DNA of 63,397 nucleotides from a virus. Lineage: Duplodnaviria; Caudoviricetes. The position numbers were made by a program, and so were the translations under genes. Below the pieces are notes generated by a model, which saw only the letters and a program-made list of their open reading frames with translations, had not been told where the DNA came from and made no database searches. Location of the stretch: IMG/VR virus record IMGVR_UViG_3300036790_000296, positions 1-63,397 of that record. One strand, written 5' to 3'. Of the stretch, positions 7,209-17,674 are shown one piece after another (the stretch's first letter is position 1; every line of letters begins with the position of its first letter).

Positions 7209-8666
7209 TCAGGTCCAGCCCCCCGCACCCACTTTTGGTTTATTCGTCCGGTTTGGCGCGCGTAAGCGCTTGCCGATGAAATCCATCATCCCACCATGCA
7301 CAATTAGCGCTGCGTATTGGAGACAGTCCGCGACGTGCGAGAAGCCTTCCTTGTCGTTTTTTTCCGGCTTAGGTTTAAGACCGCCTTGCTTGGTTTTAGC
7401 GAAGCGATAACCTCCTGACATAGCGCGGCAGAGCATTGGGCAGCCAGCACGGTTTATAAGGAGAGTAGGTCCACCGTTTGTTTGCCGAGTCAATAAGGCT
7501 TCAACTGCTCTAAGCCTTGGATCAATGTCGTTTGTAGGCGCCGGAAACGCCGGTAGGCCAAGTCGTTTGAGCGCATCAAAGCAGCTTTCTTCAGCAACGC
7601 TGCCTTTTGCCACACCAGCAGGGTCGCCAACGACGGCGATTTTAAATCCGAGGTATTTTTCTGACAGGAGTTTTGGTTTGAGCGATTGCTGGACATGCTT
7701 TTCAAGTCCTGTGTTGGTGCCTGCTACTTCTTCGTGAACCAGTAACCGCCCCATGTGATCGGGTTGGCATATAAGCGACCACGGGTTACGCCCAAAATCC
7801 TGGGCGACGAGTACAGGGTATCCGGGTATAAGGCTTGTTTCGTCTACAATGTGGAAGTTGGAGCGGAATGATTGTTTGAATACAGCCATGCCGGATGGGT
7901 CGTCCCCATATTCGGCTTTGACGTACCGGCGTACCCAATCGCTGTCTTCCCCGTACATTTCGACAAATCGTTCATAATACTTTCTTCCCTGTGCTATCCG
8001 AACCGGGTGGTTCAGCGGAAGTTTCATTGTGGCTTCGGTTTGCACCAAATAGTTCAAGTTTTCGGCGTTCGGCGAGAGCCCTGAAGGTTGGATAAATTTC
8101 TGCCAGTTCGGCGGGAGATTTTCCAGGAATTGGTGCCATGGGGTCATCTCCGTCGGCATATTCGTGTCCGCAATCATACCATGCCATGTTGGCGCACCAC
8201 GCTTCCCACTTGGATATCTCCCTAACCGTCCAGAGATAGGCCCAATCACGTCCAAGTCCATCTCGATACACTCCGACAGCCACGCACCCGTCAATTGCAT
8301 AGATAGTAACCGAGCTTGATCCGCTGCGTCTTCTAACGGGATGAACACCCATTCGGACACCACATTATTGAAGTTAATGTGAAACGTGTTTTCCGATACT
8401 TTCCACTGCCCAAGTCCCGATAGCCACGACTCACAGTCTTTGAGAACCGTGTCTTTAAGTTGCTTCAGTGTTTGCCTTACAATAGCAAAGCGCGTGTAAC
8501 GGAAGCCATCTAGCGCCGATGTCTGCATGAGCGAGCGGCGCAGTAGCTCAATTACAGCGCTTGTGGTTTTCCCCGACCCAACCGGACCGCCTATAATCCG
8601 TCCGAAGGCTTCCGACTTCATAAAGGCGGCGCAGGTTGGCGGTGCTTCGTAGGCTAAGTCAGCCAT
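7209..8666 (-). CDS. terL: Terminase large subunit
   Basis: Walker A GPVGSGKT, Walker B-like GAWLSE, DTN coupling motif, nuclease motifs QDFGRNP and SHVADCLQY. Confidence 0.93.
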   Translation of the reverse strand: MADLAYEAPPTCAAFMKSEAFGRIIGGPVGSGKTTSAVIELLRRSLMQTSALDGFRYTRFAIVRQTLKQLKDTVLKDCESWLSGLGQWKVSENTFHINFNNVVSEWVFIPLEDAADQARLLSMQLTGAWLSECIEMDLDVIGPISGRLGRYPSGKRGAPTWHGMIADTNMPTEMTPWHQFLENLPPNWQKFIQPSGLSPNAENLNYLVQTEATMKLPLNHPVRIAQGRKYYERFVEMYGEDSDWVRRYVKAEYGDDPSGMAVFKQSFRSNFHIVDETSLIPGYPVLVAQDFGRNPWSLICQPDHMGRLLVHEEVAGTNTGLEKHVQQSLKPKLLSEKYLGFKIAVVGDPAGVAKGSVAEESCFDALKRLGLPAFPAPTNDIDPRLRAVEALLTRQTNGGPTLLINRAGCPMLCRAMSGGYRFAKTKQGGLKPKPEKNDKEGFSHVADCLQYAALIVHGGMMDFIGKRLRAPNRTNKPKVGAGGWT

Positions 8667-8686
8667 GTTTCACCAAATATCCTTTG

Positions 8687-9793
8687 TTATTCTTGCCACC
8701 CTACCCACACTTTTTCGCCAGGCGCGACTTTTTTCTTTTCGAGGTAGACTTGCCAGTGGGCTGTGATGCCGTGTTCGGGGTGGGAGAACCAGAGCGCTTG
8801 GGAAGGACGGCTGTAGGGGGCACGTAGAGCCAGCCTTGCGAAGTCGTTATACCCAATGAGCGCGTTATTGACGATAACACCTGGGAACGTGAGATATTGG
8901 TGCCAATGTCCCATGATAATCGTATCGAAGTCCCGCCCGATTTGCGCTTCACTACGGCCAACCTTAATGGCTCCCCGCATAATGGGACCCATTGCGCCGA
9001 TGATGCCATCACCACCTTTAACGCCGAGAGCGTCCCCATGGGTGAGAAGATATCTATGTCTAAATACGGAGAAGTAGGCATCGGTTTCTCCCGGAATGAG
9101 GAATTGCACATTACGTGATGCACGAAAGTAGCGCTCTAGGTTGCAGTATATATTCCACTCGTGGGATGTGTAAACCCGTTGTTTCATGCGGGGTTTTTTA
9201 GTGGAGCGTCCGTGGTTTCCGACAACACACGGTACAAACAGTTTACCAAATTTGGTTGCCATCTGGTCCAGTGCTGCGCCTATGATATCAGTTAGGTCGT
9301 TAATGGCTTGTTGCGGTGTTCTGTCATTTGTGGCAACAAGTTCGTCGTGTATATCACCCGTAATCATATCGCCGCCTAAACACACTACGGCACCAGGGTA
9401 TGCTATACGTGAGGACCCCATATGGTTGTACGCCAAATCAATCGTAGAGTTCACTAGCTTCTTGACGCGCGCTTTTGCTATTTTGTGGTTGAACTCGTTC
9501 ACGCCAGCCACTTCGTCAGGGTCAATAACTTCACCATAGTGCCAATCCGACCATATTGTCATTGGGCACCCCCTTTGCCCATTGCTGCCGCCTGCGCCGT
9601 TAAGCCATTTGGGTGGTTCGGGTGTACGCGCCGCTAGCCCATATATGCCGGTTCGGATGGTTTCCGCTGTATCGTTTTCACGGCGTATTTGTTCTACGGT
9701 GCGCTTGTAACTAGTTAACTGAGCATTTTGTTTGCGAATAATTTCTGCGGCGTCAAAAAGTCTGTCGGCATCAGTTTTTAGATGTACGGGCAT
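8687..9793 (-). CDS. Calcineurin-like metallophosphoesterase
   Basis: All five motifs: SDWH, GGD, GNHGR, THGD, GHWH. Confidence 0.88.
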   Translation of the reverse strand: MPVHLKTDADRLFDAAEIIRKQNAQLTSYKRTVEQIRRENDTAETIRTGIYGLAARTPEPPKWLNGAGGSNGQRGCPMTIWSDWHYGEVIDPDEVAGVNEFNHKIAKARVKKLVNSTIDLAYNHMGSSRIAYPGAVVCLGGDMITGDIHDELVATNDRTPQQAINDLTDIIGAALDQMATKFGKLFVPCVVGNHGRSTKKPRMKQRVYTSHEWNIYCNLERYFRASRNVQFLIPGETDAYFSVFRHRYLLTHGDALGVKGGDGIIGAMGPIMRGAIKVGRSEAQIGRDFDTIIMGHWHQYLTFPGVIVNNALIGYNDFARLALRAPYSRPSQALWFSHPEHGITAHWQVYLEKKKVAPGEKVWVGWQE

Positions 9794-10030
9794 TTGTGTA
9801 TCTCCGTTTTCGTAAAATAGTTTTTATGGAATGGCTGTCGCGCCGCTCGCTTTCTTTTCCAAGCGGCGATTTTTTATACCTACTATTTGCTTGCGCCCGC
9901 GCTAAGGAGTGGTTGTACCGGTATATTCTTTGCTGGTCCTTCGGGGAATGGTCGTATCGGTATTTCCGTTGTTTCCCTTTCGGAGAATGGTTGTATTTCC
10001 ACAGCACCCTCAATCGTCTTTCCCGAGCCG
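9771..10030 (-). CDS. Basic 13-aa repeat ORF (Y-x-H-S-P-K-G-K type) overlapping the 3' end of putative terS; start unresolved
   Basis: KYNHSPKGKQRKY RYDHSPKDQQRIY RYNHS.. RYKKSPLGK; 39-bp periodicity. Confidence 0.4.
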
Positions 10031-10539
10031 ACAGTTTCGGTAAACTGCTGTTTGTCGGCCCCGAGATTGATTGTGATGGTGAATTTTTCTCCCGGTAATG
10101 CGCTTCTGGTGTCTTCTCCAATGCCCGCAAGCTTGGTGAACATGGTGGCAGCCTGGACGACTGCGGGGAGGGCTTCTTTTTCACTTCGCATCCTTTTTCC
10201 GAGGATAACAAGACTATCTTCCAGAATTGCGGCCGCACCTAGTTTTATGCGTTGCGGTATAGAAAGAGCACTATTCCACTCGATAGTCGAGGCGTCAAGT
10301 GCTTTCTTGAAAAATACATTGGGTAAAACGTGTTCACGGTATTGGTCTTCGGTCATTCCAAACGCGCCTACCACTTCCGCAAGCGGGCGATAGTTACGCG
10401 CAATTTCACCTGCCAGCTTTGCCAGTTCAGAAGCCGTTAAAGAGGCAGGGGCTTTTGTTATGATCGCGGGCGGCGCTACGATTGGGGGTGGCATTACCGT
10501 CGCGGTAACAAGACCGGTTTCAACACGTTCATCGTCCAT
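9883..10539 (-). CDS. Putative terminase small subunit
   Basis: First gene of the terL cassette; HTH-like N-half, helical core, C-terminal beta strand FTITINLG. Confidence 0.6.
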   Translation of the reverse strand: MDDERVETGLVTATVMPPPIVAPPAIITKAPASLTASELAKLAGEIARNYRPLAEVVGAFGMTEDQYREHVLPNVFFKKALDASTIEWNSALSIPQRIKLGAAAILEDSLVILGKRMRSEKEALPAVVQAATMFTKLAGIGEDTRSALPGEKFTITINLGADKQQFTETVGSGKTIEGAVEIQPFSERETTEIPIRPFPEGPAKNIPVQPLLSAGASK

Positions 10540-10577
10540 GGAAAATCCTTATCACAGGTTGCATTGCATTGCAAGCG

Positions 10578-10609
10578 TTAATGTATTGCTAATTGGTAGC
10601 CGGTATCGT
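10578..10609 (+). promoter_or_regulatory. CtrA-box-like promoter for the portal operon
   Basis: TTAA-N7-CTAA-N11-TATCGT. Confidence 0.65.
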
Positions 10610-10635
10610 GTGGGTTTCATGGGCGGATTACCAGA

Positions 10636-12942
10636 ATGAGCGATATGGGTCTTGGCCAGAGTGGGGTGATGCAAGTTATTCCCCCAGCGCAACTGGAGGC
10701 GCAGCTATCTCAGGCCGCTACCGATAAAGCAACTGCGGCCCAAGCCCCCCAACAAGATGTACAACAGCTTTCATCTTATATCCGGGGCCAATTTGAAATT
10801 TTTCGGAACCATCGTAACACGCAGGCCGGATGGTCCGACAGACTTCTTATAGCGCTTCGCTCGTTCAACGGGCAGTATCCCGCCGATAAACTCCAAGAAA
10901 TACGTAAATTTGGCGGCAGTGAAGTATATGCACGCCTTAGTGCTCAAAAATGTCGCGCCGCCAGTTCTCTCCTGCGCGACATCTATCTAGGCCAGGACCG
11001 GCCTTGGGCTATTCGGGCTTCCACAAACCCGACTATTCCGCCCGAAATATTGAACAGCATCAAGCAGTTGATGCAGCAGGAAACGCAGCAAGTTACGCAA
11101 CATAAGGGTACGCCCCCGAACCCTAATGACGTACAAACACGGCAAACGGCGCTTATGGAGTCCGCGTCCGATGCCGCCAAAAAGAAAGCCGCCCAACAGG
11201 CACGCGACAGCGAAGATAAAATTGAAGATATGCTACGGGAAGGGGGGTTCTACCATGCAGTGGCTGAGTTTCTTGTTGATCTTCCTGTTTTCCCCTTCGC
11301 CATCATTAAGGGACCGGTTGTCAAAGTCATGCCGGAAGTCACGTGGCCACCGGGCGGCGGCCAGCCGGTAATTAAACAGGTGCCGAAACTTACTTGGTGC
11401 CGCGTATCGCCATTTGATTTGTGGTTTACTCCCGGCGTGGCGGATATTGAAAATGCCAATGTTATAGAAAAATTGCGCATTACGCGGGCTGAATTGAACG
11501 ATTTGCTTGATTTACCTGGATATGACCAGGATGAAATACGGGCTGTGCTTGACGAATTCGGCCGGGGCGGCTTGTACGACAATTGGGACACTACCGACGC
11601 CGAGCGCGCCGTCTTGGAGAGCCGGGAAAATCCGGCTTGGAACCGTTCGGCGATGATTTCGATGATGGAGTTTAACGGAAATGTCCAGGGCAGGGTGCTC
11701 CAGGACTATGGGTTAGCGGTTCCAGATGAACTTCGCGATTATAACGTCCAGGTTTGGTGCATTGGAAGCCACGTTATCAAAGCGCACCTTTCGCCGTCGC
11801 CCCGGCAGCGCCATCCATATTTCATTACGTCTTTCGAAAAGGTGCCAGGAACACCCGTTGGTAATGGGTTGACTGATCTGCTGGCTGATTTGCAAGAAGT
11901 TTCTAACGCCACTTTGCGTAGTCTTGTCAATAACTTAAGCATATCATCCGGCCCACAGGTGGTTGTGAACGATGATCGTCTATCCCCCGAGGAAACCGGA
12001 GAGGACTTGTACCCGTGGAAACGATGGCACGTACGGAACGACCCGGTATCGAACAATGCGCAAGAGCCTGTCAGTTTCTTCATGCCTACCTCCAATTCTC
12101 AGGCTCTAATTGCGGTCTTCCAGCAATTTGTTTCTATCGCGGACGACGTATCAGCGATCCCCAAATACGTTGGTGGGCAAGCTGGGGCCGGGGGTGCTGG
12201 GCGCACTGCCAGCGGGCTCGCTATGCTGATGGGCAACGCCTCGAAAATCTTGCAAACCGTCTCGGCAAATATCGACCGTGACGTATTCGAGCCAGCCCTT
12301 TTGCAGCTTGCAGACTTGATTATGCTTACGGACACGACCGGACTGCTTACTGGCGAGGAAAAAATAAGTGTGCAGGGCGTCGATGTGGCAATCCAGCGCG
12401 AGACTTTGCGCCAGCGCCAGATTGAGTTCTTGCAAGCCACTATGAACCCCACCGATCAGAAGATTATCGGGCTCAAGGGGCGTGCTGCTATGCTTCGTTC
12501 TGTGTCAACCACTATCGGTATGACCGGTGAGGAAATTGTGCCGCCCGAGGATCAGATTGACCAGATGGTGGCACAGGAAAAACAACAGCAGGCCAGCGGT
12601 GGCCCGGCTATACAGCAAAGAGTGGAAACAGGTGTACAAAAAGGCGTAGAAGCCGGTGTTCAGCGTATTGCTACGGAGTTGACAGCGGGCGTGCTTGCTG
12701 CTAGGGGTGGGATGCCTGAAGGACCGCCTGTGCACATTGGAACACCGGAAAGCGGCCAGCCAACTACGAATAACCCTGCTATGGACCTAGGACCACAAGG
12801 TGATCCCGCCCGCGCCGCGCGAATAGGCCAGGGTACTAAACAGGGTCCTCTTGTGGGGGGCGGTATGGCCCCTAATTCTGCAAACCTTGTAGGCCCAACC
12901 CCGGGGCCGGGTGCGCACCCTATCTCGCCGGGTGTCGGATAG
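10636..12942 (+). CDS. Portal protein (podovirus type)
   Basis: 768 aa; RVSPFDLWFTPG, PYFITSFEKVPG, RTASGLAML patterns; position next to the terminase. Confidence 0.88.
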   Translation: MSDMGLGQSGVMQVIPPAQLEAQLSQAATDKATAAQAPQQDVQQLSSYIRGQFEIFRNHRNTQAGWSDRLLIALRSFNGQYPADKLQEIRKFGGSEVYARLSAQKCRAASSLLRDIYLGQDRPWAIRASTNPTIPPEILNSIKQLMQQETQQVTQHKGTPPNPNDVQTRQTALMESASDAAKKKAAQQARDSEDKIEDMLREGGFYHAVAEFLVDLPVFPFAIIKGPVVKVMPEVTWPPGGGQPVIKQVPKLTWCRVSPFDLWFTPGVADIENANVIEKLRITRAELNDLLDLPGYDQDEIRAVLDEFGRGGLYDNWDTTDAERAVLESRENPAWNRSAMISMMEFNGNVQGRVLQDYGLAVPDELRDYNVQVWCIGSHVIKAHLSPSPRQRHPYFITSFEKVPGTPVGNGLTDLLADLQEVSNATLRSLVNNLSISSGPQVVVNDDRLSPEETGEDLYPWKRWHVRNDPVSNNAQEPVSFFMPTSNSQALIAVFQQFVSIADDVSAIPKYVGGQAGAGGAGRTASGLAMLMGNASKILQTVSANIDRDVFEPALLQLADLIMLTDTTGLLTGEEKISVQGVDVAIQRETLRQRQIEFLQATMNPTDQKIIGLKGRAAMLRSVSTTIGMTGEEIVPPEDQIDQMVAQEKQQQASGGPAIQQRVETGVQKGVEAGVQRIATELTAGVLAARGGMPEGPPVHIGTPESGQPTTNNPAMDLGPQGDPARAARIGQGTKQGPLVGGGMAPNSANLVGPTPGPGAHPISPGVG

Positions 12943-12945
12943 TTC

Positions 12946-13749
12946 ATGCTTGATTTTCACTTTATTTCCGGCCTGCCAAGGTCAGGGTCTACATTGCTTG
13001 CGTCTATTTTGCGCCAAAATCCTGCCTATACGGCGTCTATTCAAACTCCTATTGCGGCCATTATTGTGGCCTTACTGCCTGAATTGTCACGCACAAACGA
13101 GAGCGCGATATTTTTTACAGACGAACAACGTTTGCGGATATTAAGAGGCTTATTCTCTGCATATTACGCGGAGAATACGGTTGATGTAGTGTTCGATAAC
13201 AACCGCAAATGGTGCGCACATATTGCGCTGTTAGCAGATTTATTTCCGCAGTCCAAAGTTATATGCTGTGTCCGCCCCGCGTCTGGAATTGTGGATAGTA
13301 TAGAGCGGCTAGTCCGAAACAATCCGACAAGAATTAGCCCCATATATGGATCACAGTCCAATACTACGGTCTATAACCGGGTGCAAACCTATATGGCTCC
13401 TGATGGTGTGGTGGGGTATTCCTGGAATGCATTGCGTGATGCGTTTTACGGGGAGCACAAAGACCGCCTTGTTATTGTGCGCTACGATGATTTAGCAAGA
13501 TTTCCAGGAAAAGTCATTGAGACAGTTTCCAAAGAACTCGGATTGGCCCCGTTTCCGTATAAATTTAACGCCATAGAACCCATCCCTGGTACGGACGCTT
13601 TTGACGCCGCCCTTGACCTGCCTGGATTGCATGATTTGAAGCCTGAAGTGAAATACGAACCGCGCACTACCATACTGCCCCCTGATATTTTTAATAGCCT
13701 GCCGAAACCATTTTGGAACGTTAATAGAGCCGCAACTAATCCAAGGTAG
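12946..13749 (+). CDS. PAPS-dependent sulfotransferase
   Basis: 5'-PSB loop SGLPRSGSTLL; 3'-PB motif CVR..SGIVDS; RYDDL. Confidence 0.88.
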   Translation: MLDFHFISGLPRSGSTLLASILRQNPAYTASIQTPIAAIIVALLPELSRTNESAIFFTDEQRLRILRGLFSAYYAENTVDVVFDNNRKWCAHIALLADLFPQSKVICCVRPASGIVDSIERLVRNNPTRISPIYGSQSNTTVYNRVQTYMAPDGVVGYSWNALRDAFYGEHKDRLVIVRYDDLARFPGKVIETVSKELGLAPFPYKFNAIEPIPGTDAFDAALDLPGLHDLKPEVKYEPRTTILPPDIFNSLPKPFWNVNRAATNPR

Positions 13750-13752
13750 GGT
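13721..13752 (+). promoter_or_regulatory. CtrA-box-like promoter for the collagen genes
   Basis: TTAA-N7-GCAA-N11-TAGGGT. Confidence 0.55.
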
Positions 13753-13782
13753 CATTTGAACACTTTTTAAGGGCTAATCCTC

Positions 13783-14418
13783 ATGGCTGGCGCTACTGGC
13801 ATTTTGTCCGCACCGCAGGGCGATTACGACCGAAATATTGTTGGGTTTGTTCTTGAACAAGTTGTCGCCTCTGTAAACGCAGGTATTTTACTTGGTGGTA
13901 CTGGTCCTACCGGTGCAAATATTGGCGGGAATACTGGACCTACTGGGCCTACCGGTTCTACCGGTACTGGTCCTGCTGGTCCTGCTGGCCCCGCCGCGCC
14001 ACAAGGTCCTACTGGTCCCGTAGGCTCGAATACCGGCCCGCAAGGCGGACCTGGTTATCGAGGCGCAACCGGTCCCGCTGGTCTAACGGGAAATACAGGT
14101 ATTACTGGAAACCAAGGCCCGGCTGGTGCTGCTGGCGCGATTGGCCCGGCTGGTGGTGGCACTGGACAAACTGGTGCTACTGGTAGCGTTACAGGCCCGG
14201 CTGGTGCTGTAGGCGCAACTGGTCCTACCGGAGCTACGGGCGCAACTGGTCCTACCGGGCATACTGGATACGGCGGGTTGAAGGGACCTTCGGGCGCGAC
14301 TGGGCCTACCGGAAACTTTAATACATTGTTTATTGCGCCGCTCTCTAGCCCGGGTGTAACCGGACAGGTGTGGAACAAGAACGGCGTGCTCACGATTTCA
14401 GCGGGACCAAACACATGA
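13783..14418 (+). CDS. Collagen-like protein 1 (Gly-X-Thr rich)
   Basis: GPT/GAT triplets; C-terminal [17 protein letters not shown]. Confidence 0.9.
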   Translation: MAGATGILSAPQGDYDRNIVGFVLEQVVASVNAGILLGGTGPTGANIGGNTGPTGPTGSTGTGPAGPAGPAAPQGPTGPVGSNTGPQGGPGYRGATGPAGLTGNTGITGNQGPAGAAGAIGPAGGGTGQTGATGSVTGPAGAVGATGPTGATGATGPTGHTGYGGLKGPSGATGPTGNFNTLFIAPLSSPGVTGQVWNKNGVLTISAGPNT

Positions 14419-15017
14419 CCGTTTCGCGCGATCAAGATGTGGACGCAAATCGGGTTGGGCCGATTTTGAAAGAACTTGTTGACGCTGTTAATGCTGGCGG
14501 CATTGGCGGCGCTACAGGTACGACTGGACCTACGGGTATTGGTGGCGGTAAGACCGGCCCTACTGGCCCTACTGGTACAATTACTGGTCCTACTGGGTAT
14601 ACAGGTGGCGCTGCTGGGCCTATTGGTCCTACAGGATTAACAGGCGCATCTGGCGCGGGTGGTGTTAATGGCCCGCAAGGTGCTCCTGGTTTGACTGGTC
14701 CTGTTGGGCCTACTGGTGGTATTGGCCCAACGCCCCCTGGTGGCGCTGCAAGCGGCGCGACCGGTCCTACTGGTCCTGTAGGCGGCACGACGGGGAAAAC
14801 CGGTTACGCTGGCGCAACTGGAGTTACGGGGCCAACCGGTATAGGAACAGTTGCTGGTTCTACGGGCGCAACCGGTTCTACGGGCGCAACCGGTGGTAAT
14901 GGTCCGACTGGAGTTAGCTTTACGGTTTTTGCACCGCCCACGGTTAGCCCCGGCGTAACTGGCCAAGTTTGGAGCAATGGCGGCATTTTGACAGTTTCAC
15001 ACGGACCGGGGACGTAA
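14415..15017 (+). CDS. Collagen-like protein 2
   Basis: ATGA overlap; GPT/GAT triplets; paralogous C-terminus [17 protein letters not shown]. Confidence 0.9.
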   Translation: MTVSRDQDVDANRVGPILKELVDAVNAGGIGGATGTTGPTGIGGGKTGPTGPTGTITGPTGYTGGAAGPIGPTGLTGASGAGGVNGPQGAPGLTGPVGPTGGIGPTPPGGAASGATGPTGPVGGTTGKTGYAGATGVTGPTGIGTVAGSTGATGSTGATGGNGPTGVSFTVFAPPTVSPGVTGQVWSNGGILTVSHGPGT

Positions 15018-15027
15018 AGGCATCGCT

Positions 15028-15639
15028 ATGGCAATCGCTCCTTCTCCTAATGTTTCCCCGAGCACGTATGACGACAACCTTATTCCGTCGATCATCTCGC
15101 AGGTTGCGAATGTCATTAATCAGAATGCCGTAACGGGGCCGACTGGAAAAGCTGGCCCTGCCGGGTCTACTGGCGTGACTGGTTCTACTGGTCCTACTGG
15201 TGTGGGCGTTAGCGGCCCTTACGGCGGCCCCACTGGATTTACTGGGCCAACTGGCCCTGTAGGTTATATGGGCAATTCCGGTGCGACGGGTTACACTGGC
15301 CCGACTGGTATCACTGGAAACACAGGCGGCACTGGTCTTGTTGGTCCATCTACGTTTACGGGTCCTACTGGACCAACTAACGTTACGGGGTCTACGGGAC
15401 CAACAGGTACGCAAGGTTTGACTGGTCCGGCTGGTTCTGCTGGTCCCACTGGTCCCACTGGACAGCAAGGTGCAACCGGTTCTGCGGGCGCTCTTGGGGC
15501 AATTGGCCCTATTCGCAATAGCATTCTTCAGCTGCCTATAGTTGATCCTAAGCAGCCTGGTGCTTTGTGGTGGAATGTGCCGCTTGGTTTTACCGGCCCG
15601 GCAATTGCTGTTTCCCCGGGTACGCCGTACGGCGGATAA
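15028..15639 (+). CDS. Collagen-like protein 3
   Basis: GPT/GST triplets; shares the N-terminal D.N.(I/V)...V..(V/I)N motif; C-terminus [10 protein letters not shown]. Confidence 0.9.
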   Translation: MAIAPSPNVSPSTYDDNLIPSIISQVANVINQNAVTGPTGKAGPAGSTGVTGSTGPTGVGVSGPYGGPTGFTGPTGPVGYMGNSGATGYTGPTGITGNTGGTGLVGPSTFTGPTGPTNVTGSTGPTGTQGLTGPAGSAGPTGPTGQQGATGSAGALGAIGPIRNSILQLPIVDPKQPGALWWNVPLGFTGPAIAVSPGTPYGG

Positions 15640-15643
15640 TCGC

Positions 15644-15673
15644 TTGACTTTATAATCGCGTTTGTGCTATCTA
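15644..15673 (+). promoter_or_regulatory. Sigma70-type promoter for the glycan enzyme operon
   Basis: TTGACT-18 nt-TATCTA with TG extension. Confidence 0.5.
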
Positions 15674-15697
15674 GCATAGACCGCTAGGAGCACCCCC

Positions 15698-17674
15698 ATG
15701 GCGCGCATTTGCCTAAATATGATAGTCCGCAATGAGAGCGCGAGAATTGTTCGTGCTATTCAAAGTGTTGCGCCATATATTTCGTGCTACGCCATTACGG
15801 ATACAGGTAGCACGGACAACACGGTTGAAATTATCCAAAAGTATTTTGCGGACTTGGAAATTCCCGGGGAAATATCTTCCTGTGAATTTGTGGACTGGTC
15901 CCAGGCACGTAATTTTGCACTGGCGAGAGCCCGCTTTTTGCCTATTCAATATGACTACATTCTGCTTATGGACGCAGACATGGAGTTGAAAGTCTTGAAT
16001 AAGGGGTTTAATAACGGTTTGATTGGGCGCTCCTATGATATGTTTCAACAGGGCGGCTCGTTAAAGTACATCAATCGCCGCCTCGTGCGCCGGGACCAGA
16101 CTGGCGTGTATATGGGCGTTACGCACGAGTATTTGGATGTGGTGGGGGATGCGTGTGTTCCAGCCGAGCATGCTTATTTTCTGGACCACGCAGATGGCGC
16201 AAACCGGCCGGAAAAATTCAAGCGGGATATTAGGCTTCTTGAGAAAGCGTTGATAGCGGAGCCTAATAACGGCAGGTATTTTTACTACCTCGCCCAATCA
16301 TACCGCGATGCAGGGAAACCTGCTAACGCTGCGAAATGGTATAAGAAGCGGGTTGACCTTGGCGGCTGGGACGAGGAAACGTGGAGCGCGCAGCAGAACT
16401 ACGCCCAATGCCTATTAGAGCTTAAAGACGAGGCGGGTTTTGTACTCAATATGCAATTAGCGTATAACATGCGCCCCTCCCGCGCTGAAACGTTATATGA
16501 TCTTGCCCATTTTTACCGAGAAAAGGGAATGAACGCGGCTTCGGTATTATTTTCGGAAGCTGGATTGCAGATACCCTATTCCCAGGACGCCTTGTTTGTG
16601 AGCGATTTTGTTTATACGTCTGGCCTTATGGAGGAATTTTCCATATGCGCTTTCTATTTGCCAGACAAGCGGGCACGTGGGTTTGACTTGACTAACAAAT
16701 TAGCACTTAAAAAAGGGCCGTATGGGCACCAGCGCGAAACCGCACGCAATAACCTGTACCACTATCTTCCGGTTTTAAAAGATATTGTGTCTACATTTGA
16801 ATGGCAGAAAATAGATTTTACGGCTCCAACAGGTTATACCGCTATGAACCCTTCTGTAGCGGCGCACCGCAATCGTTTGTATACGATTGTGCGAACGGTA
16901 AATTACAAGATTGTGGATGGGCGCTACGAAATTTTGGGGACGGATGGGACTGCAAATGACAGTAACCCTATTCGTACTCGTAATTTTCTTTTGGGTATTG
17001 ACGCCCATTTGAAAACTACAGATGCGCGTGAGTTGTTACCGCCCGGTAATATGCCTGAGCCGCTGTTTAAAGCTGTTCTTGGGTTTGAAGATATGCGGTT
17101 GTTTTCGTCTGGCTACGATTTAAATATATCAGCGTGCGTTCGCGAAATGAACGCGGATGGGTATTGCGAGCAGGTATACGCTCGTATTGACGGGCACTTT
17201 CTTACAAACGTAACCCGTATGCTGCGTACACCCCGGGAATATGAAAAGAACTGGATGCCGATTGTTAACGGTCCGGACGCGCGGTATATGTATCGTTTAG
17301 GCGAGGTAGTTGACCATACAGGCAAGACTGTTGAAAAGACGGAACCAGAACAAGATTGCCGACATATGAGTGGTGGTTCGCAGCTTATACCACACCAAGG
17401 CGGCTGGCTCTGCCTTGTGCACGAGGCACGGTTTATCCCCGGTACGCAGTTAAGGTATTACCAGCACCGGTTTGTGACGTTTGACTCATATTTTGCTGTG
17501 CGGCGTATCACCAAGCCGTTTGTTCTCCACGAAAAACAAATCGAGTTTGTGGCTGGCGCGGTGTGGCATCCGGTGTATCCAAAGCTAGTGATTTCATATG
17601 GCTATCAGGATAAAGAAGCGCGCCTTGCAACAATTGATATGGATCAACTAGAGAGGTTTTTATGGCAAAGCTAA
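15698..17674 (+). CDS. GT2 glycosyltransferase + TPR + beta-propeller-like C-terminal domain
   Basis: CLNMIVRNE, DTGSTDNT, DAD motif; TPR-like YYLAQSYRDAG; NPS/EDMRLF/EKNWMP blade motifs. Confidence 0.88.
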   Translation: MARICLNMIVRNESARIVRAIQSVAPYISCYAITDTGSTDNTVEIIQKYFADLEIPGEISSCEFVDWSQARNFALARARFLPIQYDYILLMDADMELKVLNKGFNNGLIGRSYDMFQQGGSLKYINRRLVRRDQTGVYMGVTHEYLDVVGDACVPAEHAYFLDHADGANRPEKFKRDIRLLEKALIAEPNNGRYFYYLAQSYRDAGKPANAAKWYKKRVDLGGWDEETWSAQQNYAQCLLELKDEAGFVLNMQLAYNMRPSRAETLYDLAHFYREKGMNAASVLFSEAGLQIPYSQDALFVSDFVYTSGLMEEFSICAFYLPDKRARGFDLTNKLALKKGPYGHQRETARNNLYHYLPVLKDIVSTFEWQKIDFTAPTGYTAMNPSVAAHRNRLYTIVRTVNYKIVDGRYEILGTDGTANDSNPIRTRNFLLGIDAHLKTTDARELLPPGNMPEPLFKAVLGFEDMRLFSSGYDLNISACVREMNADGYCEQVYARIDGHFLTNVTRMLRTPREYEKNWMPIVNGPDARYMYRLGEVVDHTGKTVEKTEPEQDCRHMSGGSQLIPHQGGWLCLVHEARFIPGTQLRYYQHRFVTFDSYFAVRRITKPFVLHEKQIEFVAGAVWHPVYPKLVISYGYQDKEARLATIDMDQLERFLWQS

